DNA of 28,629 nucleotides from Prevotellaceae bacterium (GTDB lineage: Bacteria; Bacteroidota; Bacteroidia; Bacteroidales; UBA932): contig JAIRMD010000076.1 in NCBI GenBank assembly GCA_031258915.1, forward strand, positions 1 to 28,629. The letters run 5' to 3'. The position numbers were made by a program, and so were the translations under genes. Of this stretch, positions 15,707 to 25,234 are shown piece after piece. The first letter of the stretch is position 1, and each line of letters begins with the position of its first letter. A model generated the notes under the pieces. It was not told the DNA's origin. It did not search any database and was given only the letters and a program-made list of their open reading frames with translations.

Positions 15707-18073
15707 ATGACAAAAATACTTAGCGCCTTTGCTATTACGCTTTTCGCCTCAATAGCTGCGCTGTCGCAGCCGAAAAAAATTTACCGAAACGGTTGGATTG
15801 ATTTTAACAAGAACGGGATAAAGGATACCTACGAAGACCCGAAAGCCGACATTGACGCCCGCATCAACGATCTTCTGCGCCAAATGACGCTGGAGGAAAA
15901 AACGGCGCAAATGGCTACGCTGTACGGCTCGGGGCGCGTCCTGAAGGATTCCCTGCCTACGCCGGAGTGGAAAAACGAGGTTTGGAAGGACGGCATCGGC
16001 AACATTGACGAGGAGCACAACGGCCTTGGCTCCTTCGGAAGCGAGTACGCCTACCCTTTCCCCAAGCACGTGCAGGCCATTCACGCCATCCAGCGGTGGT
16101 TTGTGGAGGAGACGCGGCTGGGCATCCCCGTTGACTTCACCAACGAAGGGATAAGGGGGCTGAACCACTACCAGGCAACGCTGTTCCCGGCGCAGAGCGG
16201 GCAGGGCGCTACGTGGAACAAAGACCTGGTAGGCCGCATCGCCGCGATTACGGCCATCGAAGCGCGGGCGCTGGGCTACACGAACATCTACTCCCCCATT
16301 TTGGACATAGCCCAAGACCCGCGCTGGGGCAGAGCTGTGGAGTGCTACGGCGAGGATCCCTACCTCGCGGGGCAGCTTGGCAAGCGGATGGTCGAGGGGC
16401 TGCAGGCGCACCGCGTGGTGTCCACCCCCAAGCACTTTGCCGTGTACAGCGTCCCCGTGGGCGGGCGCGACGGCGGCACGCGCACCGACCCCCACGTGGC
16501 GCCGCGCGAAGTGAGAACGCTCTACCTTGAGCCGTTCCGCGTGGCCTTCACCGAGGCGCACGCGCTGGGCGTAATGAGCTCGTACAACGACTACGACGGC
16601 ATTCCAGTCACCGCAAGCTACCGCTTCCTCACCGAAATACTGCGCAACGAGTGGAAGTTTAAGGGGTACGTGGTCTCCGACAGCCACGCGGTGGAGTACC
16701 TGTCCGACAAGCACAAGGTGGCCGGCGACGCGGTGGAGGCCGCCGCCCAAGCGGTGAACGCGGGGCTGAACATCCGGACAAACTTTACGCCGCCGCAGGA
16801 CTACATCCTCCCCCTCCGAGAGGCGGTGAGGCTGGGGAAAATCTCCATGAGCACCATCGACTCTCGCGTGCGGGACATCCTGTACGTGAAGTTTTGGCTG
16901 GGCTTGTTCGACAACCCATACGTGGGCAGCGAAAAGGAGGTGGACAAAATTGTTGCCAACCCCGAGCACAAAAAGGTTGCGCTGGAGGCTGCGCGTCAGT
17001 CCATCGTGCTGCTAAAGAACGACAGCGCCCTGCTGCCCCTGAGCAAAAGCCTCAAAAGGATAGCGGTGATAGGCCCCAACGCCGACGAGCGCCGGGACTT
17101 TATTTGCCGCTACGGGCCTGCCAACCCCAAAATAGTAACCGTGAAGGAGGGCGTGCAGGCCTTGCTGCCCGGCGCACAAGTTGTGTACGAAAAGGGTAGC
17201 GACATTGTGGATAAGCGCTTCCCCGAGAGCGAAATTATCCCCGAGCCGCTCACCCCCGACGAGCAGCAAATGATAGACAAGGCAGTGCAGGCGGCGCAAG
17301 CGGCAGAGGTGGCCATAGTGGTGCTGGGCGGCTCCGAAAAAACGGTGCGCGAATCATTTTCGCGCACAAGCCTCGACCTTCCCGGCCGCCAGCTTAGCTT
17401 GCTGCAGGCAGTTTACAGCACGGGAACACCCGTGGTGCTGGTGCTGATAGACGGCCGCGCCGTCTCCATTAACTGGGCAAACAAGTACATTCGGGGCATC
17501 GTGCAGACCTCGTTCCCCGGTGAGTTCACGGGGACGGCCATCGCCGAGGCGCTCTTTGGCGACTACAACCCCGGCGGCAAGCTGGCGGTTACCTACCCGA
17601 AATCGGTAGGGCAAATCCCCTTTGCATTCCCCTTCAAGCCCGGCTCCGACTCCAAGGGCGAGGTGCGGGTGTGGGGAGCGCTGTACCCGTTTGGGTATGG
17701 GCTTAGCTACACCACGTTTGCCTACTCCGATTTGCGCATTACCCCTTCCCAAATTGGCGCGCTGGCTACGGCTGAGGTGTCGTTCAAGGTTACCAACACC
17801 GGGCAGCTTGCCGGCGATGAGGTGGCGCAGCTCTACCTGAGCGACGAGGTGAGCAGCGTTACCTCCTACACGCAGGTGCTTCGCGGCTTTGAGCGCATCC
17901 ACCTGAAGCCGGGTGAAGCAAAAGAGCTCCGGTTTACGCTCTCGCCGCAAGATTTAGGCCTTTGGAACAGGCATAGCGAGTTTGTGGTTGAGCCGGGATT
18001 TTTTACGGTCAGCGTTGGCGCATCGTCAAAGGACATACGGCTGACGGGGAGATTAGAAGTGGTTAAGAACTAA
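15707..18073 (+). CDS. Secreted glycoside hydrolase family 3 (beta-glucosidase/beta-xylosidase)
   Basis: Signal-peptide-like N-terminus, DPRWGRAVECYGEDP, TPKHF, nucleophile motif VVSD, AVIGPNA, LYPFGYGLSYTTF and a C-terminal Fn3-like domain. Confidence 0.93.
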   Translation: MTKILSAFAITLFASIAALSQPKKIYRNGWIDFNKNGIKDTYEDPKADIDARINDLLRQMTLEEKTAQMATLYGSGRVLKDSLPTPEWKNEVWKDGIGNIDEEHNGLGSFGSEYAYPFPKHVQAIHAIQRWFVEETRLGIPVDFTNEGIRGLNHYQATLFPAQSGQGATWNKDLVGRIAAITAIEARALGYTNIYSPILDIAQDPRWGRAVECYGEDPYLAGQLGKRMVEGLQAHRVVSTPKHFAVYSVPVGGRDGGTRTDPHVAPREVRTLYLEPFRVAFTEAHALGVMSSYNDYDGIPVTASYRFLTEILRNEWKFKGYVVSDSHAVEYLSDKHKVAGDAVEAAAQAVNAGLNIRTNFTPPQDYILPLREAVRLGKISMSTIDSRVRDILYVKFWLGLFDNPYVGSEKEVDKIVANPEHKKVALEAARQSIVLLKNDSALLPLSKSLKRIAVIGPNADERRDFICRYGPANPKIVTVKEGVQALLPGAQVVYEKGSDIVDKRFPESEIIPEPLTPDEQQMIDKAVQAAQAAEVAIVVLGGSEKTVRESFSRTSLDLPGRQLSLLQAVYSTGTPVVLVLIDGRAVSINWANKYIRGIVQTSFPGEFTGTAIAEALFGDYNPGGKLAVTYPKSVGQIPFAFPFKPGSDSKGEVRVWGALYPFGYGLSYTTFAYSDLRITPSQIGALATAEVSFKVTNTGQLAGDEVAQLYLSDEVSSVTSYTQVLRGFERIHLKPGEAKELRFTLSPQDLGLWNRHSEFVVEPGFFTVSVGASSKDIRLTGRLEVVKN

Positions 18074-20738
18074 TAGTCCTCCCGCTATCCTCCACCATTT
18101 TCCTCAGCTCGCGGCTAAACTCCCCCCTCCTTAGCAGCTCTTCCAGCGTCAGGTGCATGCGGTAGCGCCAGTAGTGGTGGGGGTTGCTCGGCAGGTTGAT
18201 GCGCTCAGCGCGGGGGTTGCTGCGGCGCAGGCTGCCGCTGGTGGCCAGCAAATCCTGCAGCGGGAAGACCGCCCACATGGACGGCGCGTTGAGGTGCTGC
18301 AAAACTATTTCGCGCACCACCCACGGCTCGCAGGTAGCGGGTGCCTCTCCATCGTGGCGCAGCACGTGGTTGTAGAATCGCTGCGTGGCGCTCCTGTCCT
18401 CCTCCCACCACTCGCGCAGCCCGCTGGTGTCGTGGCTGCCCGGGCTGCATACCGAGAGGTAGGGGGCGCACGCAAGCGGCGCAAACTCTACGCTGCTGTC
18501 GTTGGGCATACGCTGAATGATGAGGCTGAGCAAGCCCAGCTGCTGCATCACCTCCGGCACGCACGAGGGCACCATGCCGAGATCTTCGCCGCACGCCAAC
18601 ATGCTGGTAGCGTACCGCACCGCCGGAAGCTTTTGCAGCGCCTGCTCCTTCCAAAACAGGTTATGGCGCTGGTAAAAAAAGTCAAGGTAAATGGCGTCCA
18701 GCGCCTGCTTTTGCTGCTCGTCGAGCTCGCGGTACGAGCGTGCGTAGTGCATGGCAATGCGCGGGTGGTAGCGCGAGGGCTGGCTCTTATCTTCGATAAG
18801 CACCACGTCGCTGAGCAAGTCGAGCAGCTTGCTTTTTAGCTCGCTGCTATCGCCATTCTGCTTTGCAAAAAAATCCTCTATCTTACGCTGCGTGCCGAAC
18901 TCCGGCTTGAAGCGGAAGCTGTGGGCTTTGTACTCCTCCATGAAAAATTGCGCTACGGCGCAAGCCTCGTCGCCAAAGAGCTCCTGCAGCACGTGCTCCC
19001 TGATGTAGGGAGTGCAAAGCCTCTCGGCGTTGAACCATGCGCCGCGCCGGTTGAGCTCGGAAACGGAGAGCGGGAGCGCAGGCGAAAAGTATCCCAGCAA
19101 CCCCTGTACGGAGTGCAGGGGGATTTCCCAAATGCGAAAAAAGCCCAGTATATGGTCAATCCGGAAGGCATCGAAGTACTCGGACATGGCGTGCAGGCGC
19201 TGCTGCCACCAGCGGTAGCCGTCCAGCGCCATGCGGCTCCAGCAGTAGGTGGGGAAGCCCCAGTTTTGGCCTGTTGCAGAGAATGCATCGGGCGGCGCTC
19301 CGGCCTGCACGTCCATGTTGTACAGCTCGGGCGCTACCCACGCATCGCAGCTGCTGCGCGATACGCCTATGGGGATATCGCCCTTGAGTATGACGCCCTG
19401 GCTGCGGCAGTAGGTGGCGGCCTCCTTGAGCTGATTGTGCAGCAAAAGCTGCACGTAGCAGTGTATGGCCACATCGTCATACTCCGGAAAATCGGGGCTG
19501 TTCAGCGCCGCTATTTTCGCTTCGGAGAAGGCCGCAAATTCTTCCCACGCCGCAAAATCGGCGGTTTTGTACCTGCCGCGCAGGTAGCAAAATGCAGCGT
19601 AGGGTTGCAGCCAGCGTTTGCGCTGAGCAAAGAAATTTTTGTACTCTTCGCTGGCGAAGACGGCGGTTTTTTCCTTGCCGTATGCCAGCCGCACGTACTT
19701 CCACTTGAGCTGCATCACGCGCTCGTAGTCCACCTCTTGCAGGGCGTTCAGGCGGCGCTGCTCGGCCTTCAGCTGCTCGGCCTGCTTTGGCGTGAAGCAG
19801 CCTGAGAGCGGCGCGAGGTCGAGGTAGAGCGGGTGCAGCGCAAGCACCGAAATGCCCGAGTAGGGGTAGGAGTCGCGCCAGGTCAGCGTAGCAGAGGTGT
19901 CGTTGACGGGGAGCACCTGTATCATGCTCAATCCGGCCTGCTTTGCCCAGTCGGCCAAGAGCTTCAAGTCCGAGAACTGCCCCACGCCGTAGCTGCCGGC
20001 GCTGCGCAGCGCGAACACCGGGATAGCCACCCCCGCTCCGCGCGGTGCGCTGAGGCCAAAATCCGGCACCTCGTCGTTGCGCCAGAGCGCGGCGTTGCTG
20101 TGCTCTACCGGGGGCAACACGCGGTCGCGCTGCCGCTGCTCGTAGCGCACAACTTTTTGCTGCTTCACGTCGTAGATGGCGTACTTGTAAAAGATGGGCT
20201 GGCACCGGTTCTCGGGCGTGAAGCCTGTTTGCCACGCGCCGTGCAGAGCGGGCTGCATGAGCAGCGGGCGGTGCGCATCCCAGCCTCCCAGCGCCTCGTC
20301 GCTGCCGGTAACGCACAGCAGGCACCCCTGCGGAATGCACGAGGCGCGTATCGTCAGCCTGCGGGAGTGGTGGCAAAACGCTTCGCCGCCGTCGCGCAGC
20401 TTTTCGCTGCGCCTAAAAAAGACGGAGGTGTACGGCGACGAAATGAGCGCATCGCCGCCGCTTGCCCGCCAGCTGTCGGACAGCACTACGGTTGGAAACG
20501 CGGCAGCCTGCGGCGCAAGCGTGCGCCAGCCTCCGCCTTCCTCCTCCAGCTCGCCGGTTGCCTTGCGCAGGGCATACCTGTAGCGCAGCGCTTCGGGTAG
20601 CCGCTGCTGCGCCACCTGCAAAGTCCAGCGGATGCCATCCGCGCACGCCATCGGCTGGTCGCCGGAGCGCAGGTTGCTTTTCACCACTAATTCTTCGCCC
20701 CACCGGGCGGCGTACTCTACTTGGAAAATAATTTTCAT
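18063..20738 (-). CDS. malQ: 4-alpha-glucanotransferase GH77, DPE2-type with N-terminal CBM20-like region
   Basis: 891 aa with GAGVAIPVFALRS, QVLPVNDT, LKGDIPIGV, GAPPDAF, FRIDHILGFFRIW, CGEDLG, SHDTS and YWRYRMH. Confidence 0.95.
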   Translation of the reverse strand: MKIIFQVEYAARWGEELVVKSNLRSGDQPMACADGIRWTLQVAQQRLPEALRYRYALRKATGELEEEGGGWRTLAPQAAAFPTVVLSDSWRASGGDALISSPYTSVFFRRSEKLRDGGEAFCHHSRRLTIRASCIPQGCLLCVTGSDEALGGWDAHRPLLMQPALHGAWQTGFTPENRCQPIFYKYAIYDVKQQKVVRYEQRQRDRVLPPVEHSNAALWRNDEVPDFGLSAPRGAGVAIPVFALRSAGSYGVGQFSDLKLLADWAKQAGLSMIQVLPVNDTSATLTWRDSYPYSGISVLALHPLYLDLAPLSGCFTPKQAEQLKAEQRRLNALQEVDYERVMQLKWKYVRLAYGKEKTAVFASEEYKNFFAQRKRWLQPYAAFCYLRGRYKTADFAAWEEFAAFSEAKIAALNSPDFPEYDDVAIHCYVQLLLHNQLKEAATYCRSQGVILKGDIPIGVSRSSCDAWVAPELYNMDVQAGAPPDAFSATGQNWGFPTYCWSRMALDGYRWWQQRLHAMSEYFDAFRIDHILGFFRIWEIPLHSVQGLLGYFSPALPLSVSELNRRGAWFNAERLCTPYIREHVLQELFGDEACAVAQFFMEEYKAHSFRFKPEFGTQRKIEDFFAKQNGDSSELKSKLLDLLSDVVLIEDKSQPSRYHPRIAMHYARSYRELDEQQKQALDAIYLDFFYQRHNLFWKEQALQKLPAVRYATSMLACGEDLGMVPSCVPEVMQQLGLLSLIIQRMPNDSSVEFAPLACAPYLSVCSPGSHDTSGLREWWEEDRSATQRFYNHVLRHDGEAPATCEPWVVREIVLQHLNAPSMWAVFPLQDLLATSGSLRRSNPRAERINLPSNPHHYWRYRMHLTLEELLRRGEFSRELRKMVEDSGRTISS

Positions 20739-20764
20739 CAGGTGCTTTTTTATAGAAAAACCTT

Positions 20765-20779
20765 ATTTCAATCGTTTGC
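20765..20779. promoter_or_regulatory. Candidate LacI/MalR-type operator, malQ-proximal copy (ATTTCAATCGTTTGC)
   Basis: Exact reverse complement of 20884-20898, and itself a CG-centred quasi-palindrome. Confidence 0.6.
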
Positions 20780-20883
20780 AATAACGTTTTAATGTGATAG
20801 TACAAAGCGCATTACGAAACAAATTAAGTGCAAAAAAAGAAGATTTCAAAAAAAAAATCATAAAAAAATTTTTTTTGTACATC

Positions 20884-20898
20884 GCAAACGATTGAAAT
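20884..20898. promoter_or_regulatory. Candidate LacI/MalR-type operator, MFS-proximal copy (GCAAACGATTGAAAT)
   Basis: Exact reverse complement of 20765-20779. GCAAACGATTG resembles canonical LacI-family operators. Confidence 0.6.
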
Positions 20899-20983
20899 CT
20901 ACAAAGATTTTTTTTTGCACCAAAGGAGCGCTACAACCTAAGAAAAAATAGCGTATAATTGCACTTTATCAAAAATCAAATTC

Positions 20984-22297
20984 ATGGAAAAGCCCAGCTT
21001 AAAATTTTGGCAGATCTGTAATCTCAGCTTCGGATTTTTTGGGGTACAGATTGCGTATTCGCTGCAAAGCGCTAACATCAGCCGCATATTCGCCACTCTT
21101 GGCGCCGATCCGCACAGGCTTAGCTACTTTTGGCTGCTTCCGCCGCTCATGGGGATTGTTGTGCAGCCCATTGTAGGCTCGCTGAGCGACCGCACATGGA
21201 CGCGCTTTGGCCGACGCATCCCGTACTTGCTTGTGGGCGCTTTGGCGGCCATCATCGTCATGTGCCTGCTGCCCAACGCCGGCAGCTTTAGCCTGAGCAT
21301 TGGCGGCGCTATGCTCTTCGGGGTGGTTGCCCTCATCTTCCTCGATACTTCCATCAACATGGCCATGCAGCCATTCAAAATGCTGGTGGGCGATATGGTC
21401 AACGAAAAGCAAAAAGGATTTGCCTACTCCGTGCAGAGCTTTCTGTGCAACGCCGGTAGCCTTGTCGGGTTTCTGTTCCCGTTTATTTTTACGTGGATAG
21501 GCATTTCAAACGTTGCGGCGCAGGGTGTTGTTCCCGATTCGGTGATATACTCCTTTTACGTGGGCGCGGCGGTGCTGATACTTTGCGTGATCTACACGGT
21601 GGCTAAGGTGAGGGAGATGCCGCCGCGCGAGTATGCGCTGCTTCACGGCATAGCAGAAAGCGCAGAGAATGTGAGGCAAAAGGAGAAATCGGATTTCGTT
21701 ACCCTGCTGAAAAAAGCCCCTAAGGTGTTTTGGACGGTGGGGTTAGTGCAGCTCTTCTGCTGGGCTGCCTTCATGTACATGTGGACGTACACCAACGGCG
21801 CCATTGCCCACAACGTTTGGGGTGTTACCGACGTAAAATCGCCCGGCTACCAGACGGCGGGCAACTGGGTTGGGGTGCTCTTTGCCGTGCAGGCGGTAGG
21901 CTCTGTGTGCTGGGCGATGGTGATACCGCTCTTTAAGTCGCACAAGGCGGCTTACGTGGTCAGCCTGCTTTTGGGGGCTGCCGGATTTATCTCCACCGCC
22001 TTCATCCACGATAAGTACCTGCTGTTTGCCTCGTACCTGCTCATTGGATGCGCTTGGGCTGCGATGCTGGCGCTGCCGTTTACCATCCTCACCAATGCGC
22101 TTTCGGGCAAAAACATGGGAGCATACCTCGGGCTGTTCAACGGCACTATCTGCCTGCCGCAAATTGTGGCGGCGCTCGCCGGCGGAGGGCTGCTCTACCT
22201 TGCTGGCGGCTTGCAGGTGAACATGCTCCTGATTGCCGGTGCGCTGCTGATAGCGGGTAGCATTGCGGTAATGGCTGTAAAGGAAAATTCAACGTAG
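20984..22297 (+). CDS. MFS maltose/sugar transporter (SLC45/MalT-like)
   Basis: 437 aa with LSFGFFGVQIAYSLQ, VQPIVGSLSDRTWTRFGRRIPY, DTSINMAMQPFK and YLGLFNGTICLPQI. Sits between malQ and a GH13. Confidence 0.9.
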   Translation: MEKPSLKFWQICNLSFGFFGVQIAYSLQSANISRIFATLGADPHRLSYFWLLPPLMGIVVQPIVGSLSDRTWTRFGRRIPYLLVGALAAIIVMCLLPNAGSFSLSIGGAMLFGVVALIFLDTSINMAMQPFKMLVGDMVNEKQKGFAYSVQSFLCNAGSLVGFLFPFIFTWIGISNVAAQGVVPDSVIYSFYVGAAVLILCVIYTVAKVREMPPREYALLHGIAESAENVRQKEKSDFVTLLKKAPKVFWTVGLVQLFCWAAFMYMWTYTNGAIAHNVWGVTDVKSPGYQTAGNWVGVLFAVQAVGSVCWAMVIPLFKSHKAAYVVSLLLGAAGFISTAFIHDKYLLFASYLLIGCAWAAMLALPFTILTNALSGKNMGAYLGLFNGTICLPQIVAALAGGGLLYLAGGLQVNMLLIAGALLIAGSIAVMAVKENST

Positions 22298-22301
22298 CCG
22301 C

Positions 22302-22365
22302 AATCTGAAATCCAAAAATCCAAAAATCCAAAATCTGAAATCCAAAATTTGAAATTTAAAATCTT
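22302..22365. repeat. Degenerate 7/8-mer tandem array (AAATCCA / AAATCTG type, about 9 units)
   Basis: aatctg aaatcca aaaatcca aaaatcca aaatctg aaatcca aaatttg aaattta aaatctt, filling the MFS-GH13 spacer. Confidence 0.85.
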
Positions 22366-22372
22366 TAGAATT

Positions 22373-23794
22373 ATGAAACCACTTTTCCGTACTACCATAG
22401 CAGCGGCGTTGGCCGCGATGCTTTACCTTGCCTCGTGCAGCAATGCAAGCACAGAAAGAGCAGCGTCGGCAGACGCTGCGATAGAGTCGCTATCCCTGCC
22501 TGATTGGGGCAAGGATGCCGTCATTTACGAGGTCAACCAGAGGCAGTACACCCCCGAGGGAACGTTTGAGGCGTTTCGGGCGCACCTGCCCCGCCTGCAG
22601 CAGCTGGGCGTAAAAATCCTGTGGTTTATGCCCGTAAGCCCCATTGGAAAGCTTGACCGCAAGGGAACTCTCGGCAGCTACTACTCCGTACAGGACTACT
22701 GCGCCGTAAACCCCGAATTTGGGACAATGGACGACTTCAAGCGGGTGGTGCAGGAGGCGCACAAGCTGGGCATGAAGGTCATCATCGACTGGGTAGCCAA
22801 CCACACCTCGCGCGACCACGCTTGGCTTAGCGAACACCCCGACTGGTACGTTGCGGGAGAAGACGGAAAGCCCATCGGCCCTTACGACTGGACAGATGTA
22901 GCGCAGCTCAGCTACGCCGGCAGCGATATGCAAAAAGAGATGATTGCCTCCATGAAGTATTGGCTCACCGAGGCCGACATTGACGGCTTCCGCTGCGATG
23001 TGGCAAGGCTTGCAAGCGACTACGCGACCGAGCAGCAGGCGCTCGACTTTTGGGAGGCGGTGCGCAGGGAGTGCAGCGCGGTGAAGCCCGTGTTCATGCT
23101 GGCGGAGGACGAGGGTTTTAGGGCGCTGACCAACGCAGCGTTTGACGCCAACTACGGCTGGGAGCTCCACCACCTGATGAACAGCATAGCGCAGAGAAAG
23201 AGCGACGTGGAAGACCTGCGCAGCTACTTTGAGCGCGAGGTTCGCAACTTCCCCAAGCGCACGCTCCGCATGTTGTTCACGTCTAACCACGACGAAAACT
23301 CGTGGAACGGCACCGAATTTATGCGCATGGGCGACGCTGCCCAAGCTATGGCCGTGCTCACCTTCACCGCACCGGGGGTTCCGCTCATCTACACCGGGCA
23401 GGAGGTCGGCAACCGGCGCAGCCTTGAGTTCTTTGAAAAAGACCTCATCGGCCGCAGCAGCGAGGCCGACTTCACCTCATTCTACCAAGGCCTCACCGGG
23501 CTGAAATCGGAGTTCAGCGCGCTGCACAGCGGAGAGTACGGCGCCGACGTGGTATGGGTGAACAATTCGCAGCGCAAAAAAGTGCTCAGCTTTGTCCGGG
23601 AGGATAGCTTCAGCAAGGTATTTTGCCTGTTCAACTTTTCGCCCGAGGTGGTGAAAAATGTTGAGCTGGAGGGAGATGCCTTTTACGGCGAGTACAGCGT
23701 TTGGGGCAAGGGCATGTCCGTAAAGTTCGACACCAAACCCTGCTTTACGCTCAACCCGTGGGAGTACAGAATTTACGCTACGAAGAAGGGGTGA
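22373..23794 (+). CDS. Alpha-amylase family GH13 lipoprotein
   Basis: ATG 22373 gives a signal peptide II ending LYLASC (Cys22). GH13 regions DWVANH, GFRCDVA, MLAED and SNHDEN supply the catalytic D/E/D. Confidence 0.92.
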   Translation: MKPLFRTTIAAALAAMLYLASCSNASTERAASADAAIESLSLPDWGKDAVIYEVNQRQYTPEGTFEAFRAHLPRLQQLGVKILWFMPVSPIGKLDRKGTLGSYYSVQDYCAVNPEFGTMDDFKRVVQEAHKLGMKVIIDWVANHTSRDHAWLSEHPDWYVAGEDGKPIGPYDWTDVAQLSYAGSDMQKEMIASMKYWLTEADIDGFRCDVARLASDYATEQQALDFWEAVRRECSAVKPVFMLAEDEGFRALTNAAFDANYGWELHHLMNSIAQRKSDVEDLRSYFEREVRNFPKRTLRMLFTSNHDENSWNGTEFMRMGDAAQAMAVLTFTAPGVPLIYTGQEVGNRRSLEFFEKDLIGRSSEADFTSFYQGLTGLKSEFSALHSGEYGADVVWVNNSQRKKVLSFVREDSFSKVFCLFNFSPEVVKNVELEGDAFYGEYSVWGKGMSVKFDTKPCFTLNPWEYRIYATKKG

Positions 23795-25211
23795 GCGCCG
23801 CCAAAATGTTCAGCTCTTTGGCCTTTTCCTGCATGTACCTGTAGGCTTCGTCGTAGTCGTTGCGGATAATGCCGTCGAGGATAGCCTCCTTGATGGCCTC
23901 TTTGATTATCCCCACCTGTCTGCAGGGCGGCAGGCTGTAGGTGCTCATGATGATTTCGCCGGATATGGGCGGCTGGAAGCTCCGTATCCTGTCCTTTTCC
24001 TCAATATCCTTGAGCTTTTGGCGCACAAGCGCAAAGTTTTGCAGGTGTCGCTTCACGGTGCTCTCATTCTTTGAGGTAATATCCGCCTCGCACAGCAGCA
24101 TCAAATCGTCAATGTCGTCGCCGGCATCGAAGAGCAGGCGGCGTACCGCCGAGTCGGTTACCTCCTCCTGCGACAGCACAATGGGGCGCAGGTGCAGCTC
24201 TACAAGCTTCTGCACGTACCTCATTTTTTCGTTTAGCGGAAGCTTGAGCGCCTGAAAAATTTTGGGCATCATCTTGGCGCCAATGAACTCATGCCCGTGA
24301 AACGTCCAGCCATGCCCCTCCTCGTAGCGCTTGGTTTGCGGCTTGGCTATGTCGTGCAGCAGGGCTGCCCACCGCAGCCACAGATTGTCCGATTTTTTGG
24401 CTACGTTGTCCAGCACCTGCAGGGTATGCAGGAAGTTGTCCTTGTGCTGGCGCTTCCCAACAGCATCCACGCCTTTCAGCCGGTGTACTTGCGGCAGGAT
24501 AAGCTCCAGCAGCTCCAGCTCGTCCAGCAAGAAAAATCCAGCCGAGGGCTTAGGGCACGCCATGATTTTATTCAGCTCATCGGTAATGCGCTCTGCGGAA
24601 ACCACGCCGCCAAGCATGCGCTGCCTGTTTCGGCGTATTGCCTCTTTGGAGCGGTTGTCGATTTCAAAGCCCAGCTGCGCGGCAAAGCGCACGGCGCGCA
24701 TCATGCGCAGGGGGTCGTCGCTGTAAGTTACGTCGGGGTCGAGCGGGGTGCGGAGGCGCTTGTCGTGTAAATCCTGTACGCCGCCAAAGGGGTCTACCAG
24801 CTCGCCGTAGCCATCGGGGTTGAGGCTAAACGCCATAGCGTTGATGGTAAAGTCGCGGCGCTCCTGATCTTCCCTGAGCGTTCCGTTTTCCACAACCGGC
24901 TTGCGCGAGCTGGCGCGGTACGACTCCTTTCGGGCGCCCACCAGCTCCACCTCCACCCCGCCGTGGCGCAGCATCGCCGTGCCGAAATTCTTAAACACGC
25001 TGAGCTTGGCGTGCAGCTCTTTTGCCAGCGCTTCGGCAAGCGCAATGCCGCTGCCTTCCACCACCACGTCAATATCCTTTGAAGGGCGGCGCAGAAAAAA
25101 ATCGCGCACGTAGCCGCCAATCACAAAGGCACGCACGCCCTGCGCCTGCGCTATGCGCGATATTTGCTTAAATACAGGTAACTGGAGATGTTCCAACGTA
25201 GTAAAGTCCAA
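23778..25211 (-). CDS. cca: CCA-adding / poly(A) polymerase-family nucleotidyltransferase with HD domain
   Basis: VIGGYVRD, DIDVVV, DQERRDFTINAMA, DDPLRMMRAVRF, SAERITDEL and LLHDIAKP. Confidence 0.9.
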   Translation of the reverse strand: MDFTTLEHLQLPVFKQISRIAQAQGVRAFVIGGYVRDFFLRRPSKDIDVVVEGSGIALAEALAKELHAKLSVFKNFGTAMLRHGGVEVELVGARKESYRASSRKPVVENGTLREDQERRDFTINAMAFSLNPDGYGELVDPFGGVQDLHDKRLRTPLDPDVTYSDDPLRMMRAVRFAAQLGFEIDNRSKEAIRRNRQRMLGGVVSAERITDELNKIMACPKPSAGFFLLDELELLELILPQVHRLKGVDAVGKRQHKDNFLHTLQVLDNVAKKSDNLWLRWAALLHDIAKPQTKRYEEGHGWTFHGHEFIGAKMMPKIFQALKLPLNEKMRYVQKLVELHLRPIVLSQEEVTDSAVRRLLFDAGDDIDDLMLLCEADITSKNESTVKRHLQNFALVRQKLKDIEEKDRIRSFQPPISGEIIMSTYSLPPCRQVGIIKEAIKEAILDGIIRNDYDEAYRYMQEKAKELNILAALTPSS

Positions 25212-25234
25212 AATTCTTTTGTTTTTTTCTCAGC

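Noticed and set aside
15749-16969. 406-aa antisense ORF inside GH3, and similar long shadow ORFs (22490-23344, 19477-20376, 18921-19805, 25247-26089, 1630-2439, 2682-3449, 13563-14372)
   Set aside because: All lie within well-supported genes in GC-rich DNA, where stop codons are scarce in alternative frames. None shows a recognisable motif.
22302-22365. Tandem repeats as a possible CRISPR array
   Set aside because: Units are 7-17 bp, directly adjacent, with no unique spacers and no cas genes.
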